DNA from: Alphaproteobacteria bacterium
GTDB taxonomy: Bacteria > Pseudomonadota > Alphaproteobacteria > Rickettsiales > UBA1997
Direction of reading: 5' to 3'
Assembly (NCBI GenBank): GCA_030835745.1
Contig: JAUROA010000032.1
Span: forward strand, 1 to 58,756
DNA: 58,756 nt
Each line of letters opens with the position of its first letter. The stretch's first letter is position 1. Below, in pieces: positions 10,080 through 19,600 of the stretch. Made by a program: the position numbers and the translations under genes. The notes under the pieces are model-generated. The model did no database searches, had not been told where the DNA came from, and saw nothing but the letters and a program-made list of their open reading frames with translations.

Positions 10080-10108
10080 TTGACAAATATGTAAAAATAT
10101 GATATAAT
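10080..10108 (+). promoter_or_regulatory. Consensus sigma70-type promoter with extended -10 (TTGACA-N17-TATAAT, TG at -15/-14)
   Basis: TTGACA at 10080..10085, a 17-nt spacer and TATAAT at 10103..10108 preceded by TGa. It lies about 50 nt upstream of the ankyrin gene ATG at 10160. Confidence 0.5.
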
Positions 10109-10159
10109 GTTAATTAGAAATTAAATGTATTTCAAATTTTATAATTAATATAAGTTATT

Positions 10160-11116
10160 ATGCCAAATAGTAAGAGCGATAATTTAGAAGGTTTATTGAA
10201 AGCTGGATTAGAAGAAGATACAATATTTTTAGCCATTCATAGTCGTGATCTTGCAAGGGTAAAAAATGTATGGCAAAGAAATGATAAGGCAGAATATGAA
10301 AGACATAATCCTCCTAAAATTGGCAATAGAAAGCAACCAAATGGAGGTCAAACACCTCTTTTATATGCTGTCAATAATGGTACATTTGATATAGTTAAAT
10401 TTATATGTGATAATTCTAAAACATTATTAGATGAGCCGGATTATGGTGGTGTTACGCCTCTAATTGCTGCATGTGAAAAAGGTTCTAAAGAAATTGTTAG
10501 TTTTCTAATTAACAGCCGTGCCGATCGTAATAAATGTAGGATAGAAGATGGATTTAGGGCTTTGGAAGTTGCAATAGGTAGAGGTGATGTTTTTAATCCT
10601 GAAGAGTTGAGTAAATTATTAAAAGCCGGAGCTGATTTTGAAAAAGGGTCTGTAACGTCAAAATTTACTCCGCTTCAAGTTGCAATAAAAAGAAATAATA
10701 TAGATGCATTAAATTTCTTATTATCTAAATTATGTCCCAATAATTCTAAATTGGACAATGAAAATGCTATTTCTTCAATTAAAACTGCAATAGATGTTGA
10801 TAATTTAGAAGCAATAAAATTATTAATGCCAAACTTGAATGTCCAAGAATTTAATCCAAGACAAGTTAATCAAATAAGCAAATTAATTGAAAAAAAAGGA
10901 AACATAAACACTGAAATTAAATTCTTAATAGAAAATTATATCAACTCTCAAACACCTTCTACTGGTAAGCGTAAAGAAAGAGAAGATGAAGCAAAATCAG
11001 GTCAAGGTGATATAGGAAGTCGACCTGGTAGGAGTTTTAATCTATCTCAAGAGTCAAGAGTTACAATTGAATCTTTAACCGGTGGATCTGAAACTCATAA
11101 AAGTAGGGAAACTTAG
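10160..11116 (+). CDS. Ankyrin-repeat protein (candidate secreted effector)
   Basis: Several ANK repeats are present: GQTPLLYAVNNGTFDIVKFI, GVTPLIAACEKGSKEIVSFLINSRADRN and FTPLQVAIKRNNIDALNFLL. The C-terminal tail is disordered and contains a basic patch GKRKERED. Confidence 0.85.
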   Translation: MPNSKSDNLEGLLKAGLEEDTIFLAIHSRDLARVKNVWQRNDKAEYERHNPPKIGNRKQPNGGQTPLLYAVNNGTFDIVKFICDNSKTLLDEPDYGGVTPLIAACEKGSKEIVSFLINSRADRNKCRIEDGFRALEVAIGRGDVFNPEELSKLLKAGADFEKGSVTSKFTPLQVAIKRNNIDALNFLLSKLCPNNSKLDNENAISSIKTAIDVDNLEAIKLLMPNLNVQEFNPRQVNQISKLIEKKGNINTEIKFLIENYINSQTPSTGKRKEREDEAKSGQGDIGSRPGRSFNLSQESRVTIESLTGGSETHKSRET

Positions 11117-11141
11117 TAAGGCTAAATCAAAATAATTTTAT

Positions 11142-11906
11142 TTACAGAGATTTCTTTTTAGGTAATCTTGCAAAAATAAAATCTGTTATTTTTAATGGAA
11201 GAGCTGATAATAGCAATATTGTCAAATAAAATGGCAATGGGAAAGCGATTCTTGATTTATTTTTTTCCAACCCTTTCTTAATGATTGAGGCACATTTATC
11301 TGCACTCATTATCATTGGCATCCAAAAATCATTTATGTCAGTCATTGGTGTTTTGATATATCCTGGGCAAATAGCATTAACCTTGACATTGTAATTTGAC
11401 ATATTGCCGCGCAATGCTTCGGCATAAACTCTAACAGCTGCTTTTGAAGCGCTGTAAGCTGGTGCGCTTGGCAGTCCTTTAAATCCAGCAAGTGACGAAA
11501 TGATGGCAATTTGTCCATATTTATTATTTTTCATTATTTCGCATGCGGGGTGGGTTAAGTTTATAACCCCATTTAAATTTGTAGCAAAAATTTCATTAAT
11601 TTGGTCAAAGCTTTCTATGCCCTTTGATGTTCCTGCAGAAATTCCAGCATTGGCAATAACAAGATCAATTTTAAAATTTTGAGCTATTTCAAAAATCCAA
11701 TTTTTAACATCTAATGAATTTGTAACATCAATTGCCTTAATAAAGCAATTAGCACCATTTTTTTGACATAGTTTTTGTATTTTTTCTAGCTTTTCTAAAT
11801 TTCTTGCGCATAAAAATAGATTATTATTTTTTTTGGAGTAAATTTTTGCTAATGCGGCGCCAATTCCACTATTTGCTCCACTAATGACAATATTTTGAGG
11901 AATCAT
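11142..11906 (-). CDS. Short-chain dehydrogenase/reductase (SDR) family oxidoreductase
   Basis: TGxxxGIG-type motif ISGANSGIGAAL, NAG motif, and catalytic YSASKAA. Confidence 0.85.
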   Translation of the reverse strand: MIPQNIVISGANSGIGAALAKIYSKKNNNLFLCARNLEKLEKIQKLCQKNGANCFIKAIDVTNSLDVKNWIFEIAQNFKIDLVIANAGISAGTSKGIESFDQINEIFATNLNGVINLTHPACEIMKNNKYGQIAIISSLAGFKGLPSAPAYSASKAAVRVYAEALRGNMSNYNVKVNAICPGYIKTPMTDINDFWMPMIMSADKCASIIKKGLEKNKSRIAFPLPFYLTILLLSALPLKITDFIFARLPKKKSL

Positions 11907-11910
11907 ATAA

Positions 11911-12513
11911 ATGACAAATTATAATTTTATTACCTTTGAAGGTATTGAAGGATGTGGTAAATCAACTCAAGTAAAATTGCTTCAAGAATTTTTTCAAGAA
12001 AAAAATATAAAATCTATTACCACAAGAGAGCCTGGAGGAGTGGCAATTTCAGAAAAAATTAGAGATATTTTAATAAATAGCGACAATATTAGTCCAAAAA
12101 CCGAGTTACTTCTTAATTTTGCTGCAAGAATTGAGCATATTAATAACCTTATTAAGCCAAATTTACAAAGTAACCGAAAGGTAATATGTGATCGTTTCTT
12201 TGACTCAACACTTGCTTATCAAGGTTTTGCAATGGGTTTGAAAATTTCAGAGATATTGCAAATTAAAGAAATTGCTATAGCTAATTTTAAGCCAGATATA
12301 ACTTTTTTGCTTGATATGGATGTTGAAAAAGCTTTTTTAAGAATCAAAAATCGTGCCGATAATAATCGCTATGATGCAATGTCTATTGATTTTCATAATA
12401 AGGTTAGAAGAGGCTTTTTAGAGATTGCTAAGCAAAATAATAATAGGATAATAATTATTGATGCTAATCGCTCAAAAGAACAAATTTTTCAACAAATTAT
12501 TGCTAAATTATGA
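11911..12513 (+). CDS. tmk: Thymidylate kinase
   Basis: FITFEGIEGCGKSTQ P-loop, the TREPGG motif and the DRFFDSTLAYQG (DRY-like) motif. Confidence 0.92.
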   Translation: MTNYNFITFEGIEGCGKSTQVKLLQEFFQEKNIKSITTREPGGVAISEKIRDILINSDNISPKTELLLNFAARIEHINNLIKPNLQSNRKVICDRFFDSTLAYQGFAMGLKISEILQIKEIAIANFKPDITFLLDMDVEKAFLRIKNRADNNRYDAMSIDFHNKVRRGFLEIAKQNNNRIIIIDANRSKEQIFQQIIAKL

Positions 12514-12596
12514 CAAAAAAATCTTATTATAAAGCATTCTCTTTAGTTGAGATATCGGTAACTATTTTAATTTTTTCTTTTTTATTGGCAATTGTT
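12510..12596 (+). other. Class III (prepilin) signal sequence plus N-terminal hydrophobic helix
   Basis: KA|FSLVE has Phe at +1 and Glu at +5, with Ala instead of the usual Gly at -1. Confidence 0.6.
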
Positions 12597-13373
12597 CAAT
12601 ATGGTGTTGGTTTTTATCAGGAGTCGCAAATAGTTAAAGCAAAAGCACATAGTAAAAATGCTCCAATGAATCATATGTCAAATTTGATAATATGGTATGA
12701 AACTTCTTTAGAAGATAATTTTAAAGAACAAAATATTGCCGATTCTCAAGATATTGAAATATGGTATAATAGAGCGCCAAATTATTGGCATCAAAATAAT
12801 GCTACTCAATATAATATTGCCAATAGGCCAATTTATAAAGAAAAAGTTTTGAATGAAACGATCTCAGCTTTATATTTTGATGGCTCTGACGATTTCTTAA
12901 ATTTTGATGCAAATTTACTAATTAACTCTGATTTTAGTTTTATAGTTGTTGAAACTAGACTTAGGGGAGATAATCACGACTATTATATTGGTGGGTTGGG
13001 TGGTTCGAGTCAAAATTTCCATATGGGCTATAGCACGCCAACAACTGCCAGATTTGGCATTTATGGCTCTGCTATTGCAGATTATACAATAAGTGATTAT
13101 TCAACTCCAATTGCACGCATTAATAGCTTTATATTTAGCAAGCAATCTGGTTCTAAATTTTGGATTAATGGTGGAGTCCAGCCTAAGGGTACTAATAGTA
13201 TCGCAAATTATCTATCATCATATCAGGGGGCAAGAATTGGTGATACTGAAAATGCTTATTTTTATCAAGGATATATTGCTGAGATGATTGTTTTTAATAA
13301 AGCGTTAAATAACCAAGAAAGGCAAGATATAGAGAAATATTTGAGCAATAAATTTAATATTAAATTAGATTAG
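12510..13373 (+). CDS. Prepilin-type (class III signal) protein with a single LamG/ConA-like lectin module; small modular pilin/pseudopilin
   Basis: N-terminus MTKKSYYKA|FSLVEISVTILIFSFLLAIV is a 9-aa basic leader, then F+1 and E+5, then a hydrophobic helix. The body shares IEIWYN, NATQ, RPIY, LYFDGSDDFL and YQGYIAEMIVFNKALNNQERQDIEKYLSNKF with the repeats of the downstream giant gene. The start overlaps the tmk stop (ATGA). Confidence 0.7.
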   Translation: MTKKSYYKAFSLVEISVTILIFSFLLAIVQYGVGFYQESQIVKAKAHSKNAPMNHMSNLIIWYETSLEDNFKEQNIADSQDIEIWYNRAPNYWHQNNATQYNIANRPIYKEKVLNETISALYFDGSDDFLNFDANLLINSDFSFIVVETRLRGDNHDYYIGGLGGSSQNFHMGYSTPTTARFGIYGSAIADYTISDYSTPIARINSFIFSKQSGSKFWINGGVQPKGTNSIANYLSSYQGARIGDTENAYFYQGYIAEMIVFNKALNNQERQDIEKYLSNKFNIKLD

Positions 13374-13424
13374 TAATTTTAGCTATCGATTAAATAGATT
13401 CTGGATAATTGTTATATTTTAATT

Positions 13425-13456
13425 CTATTGTCAAATTATAACAATAGCTTTTTTTA
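13425..13456 (+). terminator. Possible weak intrinsic terminator between the two pilin-like genes
   Basis: ctattgt-(9 nt)-acaatag is a perfect 7-bp inverted repeat followed by cttttttta. The stem is AT-rich, so this is weak. Confidence 0.3.
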
Positions 13457-13531
13457 TAATGATATATCTGGTAAATAGATTTTAAAAGAAATTAGATATT
13501 TAAAATTAAGTGAAACTAATTTATTAAAGGG

Positions 13532-13618
13532 GTGCGCAACATAAATTTAAAGTCAGCATTTGGTATAATTGAGCTTAGTATAATATTAACTGTTATATCA
13601 ATAATCATTGCTGTTGTC
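13532..13618 (+). other. Class III (prepilin) signal sequence plus N-terminal hydrophobic helix of the giant protein
   Basis: 9-aa basic leader MRNINLKSA, then FGIIE (F+1, E+5) and about 20 hydrophobic residues. The layout is the same as in the 12510 gene. Confidence 0.6.
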
Positions 13619-16600
13619 ACTTCAACAAAAGTTGTTGAAAAGAAAGTTGAAACTGTTGGGTCTGTTACTGTTAGTTTAGATAAATTTGTTGATGCTATTT
13701 CGCAATTTGCCAGCTCCAATAAAAGATTTCCATGTCCGGCTTCAATTGAATCCAAGCCATCAGACGCTAATTTTGGTAAAGAGCAATTTGACAATTCAAA
13801 TGATGACAAAACATTGCATCAATGTTCTGGAGCTGGAATTTTCTTTGGAGAGGGTTCGCCAGAAGCGCAGAATTTAGTATATGGCATGTTGCCAATTAAT
13901 GATTTGGGCTTGAGTATTTCAGCTGCATCCGATTCTTTTGGTGCAAAATTGGTCTATATAGTTGATAAAAGATTAGCAAGAGACAACGGAATTGCGAATA
14001 ATTATGATTCTGACCCAATTATAAATCTTGAAAATAAAGTAACTAATACATCGCAGCTACTTGATTTTATTGTCATTAGCTATGGTTCTAACAAAAATAA
14101 CGCATATAATTTAAATAGTATCTCAAAAAATAATGCTTCAATCATTGAAGATGAGATAAGTAATCAACTCATTTCAGCGTCAGGTACAAATTTTGATAAT
14201 AATTTTGTAAAAAGTTCAAATGATAAAAAGTTTGATGATATTATAGTTGGGGGTAAAAAATATGAAATCATCAAGGAATTCAGCATGGAAGATGTTATAA
14301 GATGCGAGCAGCATAGTGATTTTTTATATGGTATTAATATGGTGTGGAATAGTGATGGATCGGCTAGATCTGGAGAAATTATTGCTTCTGACACACCTTG
14401 CCCAAGCAATTTTAGTTATGGCCCTACCAATGCTTATAAAAGATGTGTTAATGGTATTTGGGGAGATGTTGAAGTTGGTTGTAAAGCTGCTCCATCATGT
14501 TATGTTAGTATAGAAGGGGTAGAGCCGCAAATTGTTGATATTGGATCAGGAACTTTGCCATGCTCACTTCGTGGATATTCAGGTTCAATAAATTATAATT
14601 GCAATGAATTAGTTGAAGGCGTTTCTGCTTCTGGTCAAGTAACAGAAGGGTATGATGGCGATCTAATTATTAATGGTTCTTGTAGCAATATAGGCGATGG
14701 TTGCTATATTGAAGATGTTTTAGGTATTGATAATCGTACAGTTATATACGGAGTTAATAAAGCTGGATCATCAGGCACTATTCAATGTCGCGAAGGTTTT
14801 ACAGGATCTCTAACTTATGATTGTCAGTGCACTTTGGGTGGAAGTTTTACTGAGCATTGCCCAAGAAATTGCCCATGTACTGGTAAGTATAAAATAGGAG
14901 AATATCCTTCTGTACATTCAAATGGAATTAGTGGAATGGTTCTTGATAGTGGTGTTAAAATTACAGTTTATAGCGGTGGTAGTTTTACAGGCTCAACTGC
15001 AGTATTTACATCAACACAAAATAATTGTTCTAATGGATGGAATGATAGAGTCAGAAGTTATAAATTTGAAATGATCAATGGCATTTGTCCTGAAACTAAT
15101 ATTAATTTATCAGTTACAGATTCATGCGCTATTTCAACATTGCCTGATTTTTCATCTGTAATTGATGCCAAAATTGGTGATCAGTCTGAATTAGACAATA
15201 TTGAGTCAAATATTAAATTATGGCTAGATGCATCTAATATTGACGGCAATAATAATAGATATGTTAAAAATGGTCAAAAAATTAATAAATGGTATGATTT
15301 AAGTGGTAATAATTATAATGCTACTCAAGATACTGAATCATATAGACCTACTTATGATGGAGCCTCGTTTATATTTGATGGCTCTAATGATCATTTCACT
15401 TTGCCAAATATTTTTGCTGGTACTAGTCAGGCAACTGGAATTATTGTAATTAAGGATAAAGAGCTTTCAACAGCTGCAAGAAATATGGCGCACTGGGATT
15501 TCGGTAATTATGGCCAAGTCATGAATGTTTATGGTGGGGGATGTTGTAGACAAGTTTATGATAATTTTGGAATGAGCTCTAGGCCTCTAACTGTAAGTGA
15601 TATTCAAAAAAACAACGAAACTCAGATATATATAATTCAAAATGATGGGTCTAATTTTACTAGCTATATGGATGGTCAATTTGGTATTTCAGCAAGTAGT
15701 GGTGGATATAATATGAGATCAAACCCTTTGATTGGTAAAGGTTGGGGTAGCTCTAATACAAGTGGGTCTGCTTACTTTAAAGGTGAAATTAAAGAAATTA
15801 TTATGTTTGATAAAATTCTTTTAAGTAAAGAAAGATACATCATAACTCATTATTTATCAAAAAAATGGGGGCTTGAAGATTTTGTTGATAGTGATGGTGA
15901 TGGTGTTGTTGATAGTCTCGATGATACCCCCTATGGAGAGTCTAGGATTATTTTTTCAGAAGCAATTACCCAAGAAATTGGTGATTTGGCAGGAGATTTA
16001 TCTCATTTAAATGCTAATTTAAAATTATGGCTAGATGCTCAAAATACAAATGACGATAGTAATAGAGGTTTGATTGATGGTTCTGCAATTGCGCAGTGGA
16101 ATGACCTTAGTGGTAATAATTATCACCTCGCTCAAAGTTCATCAGGTTACAGGCCTGTAATTAATTCTGAGTCAGGAAAGGATTATGTAGATTTTGTTTC
16201 AAATGATTTTTTAACAACTAATCTAAGTCAAGGTTTTAGCGACCTAAATGGAGAAGATAGGACTATTATAGTATTATTCAAGCAAGAAGAGGTTGCAGAT
16301 AATCCTTATGCAGGATCTGGAATAATATCTACAAGGCCATATGGTAATCAAAGTCTTGGTTTTACATTTTCAGTAAAAAATAATCAAACAGCTTTTGCTT
16401 ATAGTAGAGAGCAATCATCATCTGAGGTAATTTCTAATGATATTATGGCATTAAATCAATTTCATATTTTGTCATTTAGAACTACAAAAAATGATCAACA
16501 AATTTTAAAAGAAGGAAAAGTTATTGCTCAAGAGTTGCTAGATGTGTGGGATATACAAAATAGTGGCAATTTAGTGCTAGGAAAAGAAAGGCATGCAGAG

Positions 16601-19600
16601 TTACAATATGGCTATAAATTTCATGGTAAAATTGCCGAAGTGATAATTTTTGACAAAAAGATTTCAGATGAAGATTTATATAAAATAAATCATTATTTAG
16701 CTAAAAAATGGGGGCATGAATCTTCATTAGATAGCGATGGTGACGGGGTGGTTGATAGTCTTGATGAAAATCCAACATCTCATTTAATTCTTCATTTTAC
16801 ATTTGACAATACTAATATTTCTGAAATTGGTGATTATAAGATAATTTCATATGATGAACAAAATCCCGATATACTAACTTATAACTTATCTAACTCAAGA
16901 GATTTAACTCCTGTATTATTCAAGCATAATGAATATTATTCAACGGCCGGATCCCCAACTAATCCGTCAGACTTTTTTAAACTTAATAAAGATTTAGATT
17001 TAAGAAATTACCCTAAATTTTCAATAAGCTTTTGGGCCATGGCTAATAGTGATATTGACGGACAAGCCTTAACGGGTGGTAGTGAAAAATATTCTAGACT
17101 ATTTAATATGAGAAAACAATCTCATGGCTATATAGGATATCAAAATACTAATATTGGAATTTTGTATGATAATTGGCAAAATAACACTCCATTTAATCAG
17201 AGATGGGTACAGAAAGCTTATTATAGAGGTGATGGCAGTTGGAGCTATTTAGAATCAAATAATTTTGCAATGGATTTTAGGAATTGGGTACATTATGCTT
17301 TTACTTTCGACATGGATAATGACTATATAGCCTTTTACAAGAATGGTCAATTAAATGGTTATCATAATACTTCAAATAATTATTCGGATCTATATCCATA
17401 TTTTCACCTGGGATCGCATGGTGCATCCCATGGAGATGGTCAAAGATCATATTTTGATGATTTTAGAATTTATTCAGTAGCTTTAACTGCCAGTGAGGTT
17501 GAAGCAATATATAATGCCACAGATAAGATCACATTGCAAGATAAGATATTATATTATGGCAATGGTGTTGATGGCGATGTGACTATTAATTCTGGAAATA
17601 TTAACACCACATCATATATTGTTGGCAGGACAGCTCCTGATGGCGAAGCATTTAGTGTTGAGGCTATTGATGTTAATAAAATTTCTGTTAAAGGAGTTGG
17701 AACTGGTGGTACCTCATCTTCTAATGTAGCAAATTCATTTAAAGTTGGAGATATCTTGCTATTAATAAATATGAGGGGAGATGCTAATAATTTCGACAAT
17801 GTTGGTAATTATGAATTTGTTAAAGTTCAAGGAGTTGAACAAAATAATATTACTATTAATGGTCAAATTAAGAAAATTTATGGCCTTTCTGATAATTCAG
17901 ATTTAACTAGTCAATCTGTTATGATTCAAAGAGTTCCGCAATATGATAATTTATATTTAAATGGTGATATCACGGTTCAAGATTGGGATGGTCAGGTTGG
18001 TGGTATTTTGGCAGTAAAAGTAAAAAATATTTTAGTTAATAATACTAGTATTGATGTTAGTAAAAAAGGTTATAGAGGTGGTGCTAGAGTTGATGGAGGA
18101 AGTGCACCATATGGGCTTCAAGGTGAATCAATATCTGGTCAAACTAATATTATGATTAATAGCAATAATCAGGGTGGCGGCGGTGGTGGAATTTCATGCA
18201 GCCATGCAGCTGGTGGTGCTGGAGGTGGTTATGGCTCAAATGGAGCTAATGGCTCTAATGGAAATAGTTGCTCACCTGGAGGAACGGCAGGTTTGGCATA
18301 TGGAGAAAATAGCTTTCCATCTAAAATTTTTTTGGGATCAGGAGGTGGATCAGGAGGTGAAGATAATAGAGAGCCAGAATCATGGGCGGGTCCAGGTTTT
18401 AAAGGTGGTGATGGTGGAGGCATAATAATGATCTATGCTAATAATATCACGATCAATAGTGGTGCTAATTTTATTGCTAATGCAGAAAATGGAGAGTCAA
18501 GAGGATCTGCCTATGGTCAAGATGGCGGAGGTGGAGGAGGGGGCTCTGGAGGTAGTATTAATATTGTTACAAATAATTATAATGGTAGCTTAAATTATCA
18601 AATAAATGGTGGCTCTGGAGGATCGGTTGACACTAATGGAGATGGTGGCGCCGGAGGGGCTGGAAGGTTTAAATTATCATCGCAAATTGCTGAATTAGAT
18701 ATTGCAGATAGTAATTTGGCATATTCTTTTGATATTTTATCTTTAGGATCAAAAATATCCTTATGGCTTGATGCCACAAATATTGATGGTTACGATAATT
18801 CAACTTTAAGTGACGGTGATAAAATAAGTAGTTGGAAAAATCTTGCTAAGTCTAATGCTTTAACACAAACCAATATCTCTAACCAGCCTACCTTGGTTGA
18901 AGGTTATCTAAATCAAAAGCCAGCTGTAAAATTTGATAGATCTTCAAAACATTTTCTGCAAGATTTAAGTTTTAGCGAAAATCTTAACACAATTTTCTTT
19001 GTTTATAAGCCAAATAATGATATAAATAAAAGTACTTCTTCATGTGGCGGTATTAATTTTAATCAAAATAGTAATATTGCCTTGTGGTTTGGCTCTGTAA
19101 CAGAGCATCTAAATGATGAGATATTATCATTTAATAGTGGAAATCCATTAGAAGCCTGGGTCGCTCCTAATGAAGAAGCTATATCAAGTCAAAATGCTAA
19201 TATTTTTGCAGTAAGATATAGTGGTAGTAACATGAATCTTTATTATAATGGCATTATAAAAAATAATGCAGTTAGAACAGAAAATGTGCACGAATACACA
19301 ACTAACGGTATCAAATTATCGCAATCAACTGCTCTTAATAATGATTTATGCTATCTCGATGGTTATATAGCAGAGCTAATTATTGTTAATCAAGCATTAA
19401 CTAATGATGAGTTTAACAGAATTAACTATTATTTATCATATAAATGGGGCTTGATGGATGTTGTTGATAGTGACGCAGATTCATTAATTGACTCTGCAGA
19501 TTCTTTTCCTTTAAAGTCAGATGGAGAAGTGTTGGTAAGAAGTATCCCTCCTAAATTATGGTTAGATTCTAAAAATATCGATGGTCAAAATAATTTGACT

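Noticed and set aside
13455-13460. TATAAT hexamer upstream of the giant gene as its promoter
   Set aside because: The best -35-like hexamer (TTGTCA at 13428) is 21 nt away, which is too far. TATAAT-like strings are frequent in this AT-rich DNA, so I cannot support a promoter call.
18174-18425. Tracked ORFs on alternative frames or strands within the Gly-rich region (18174..18425 + and 18229..18423 -)
   Set aside because: They are artefacts of GGN codon runs, giving Pro- or Val/Met/Ala/Glu-rich translations. They sit entirely inside the giant gene's continuous frame.
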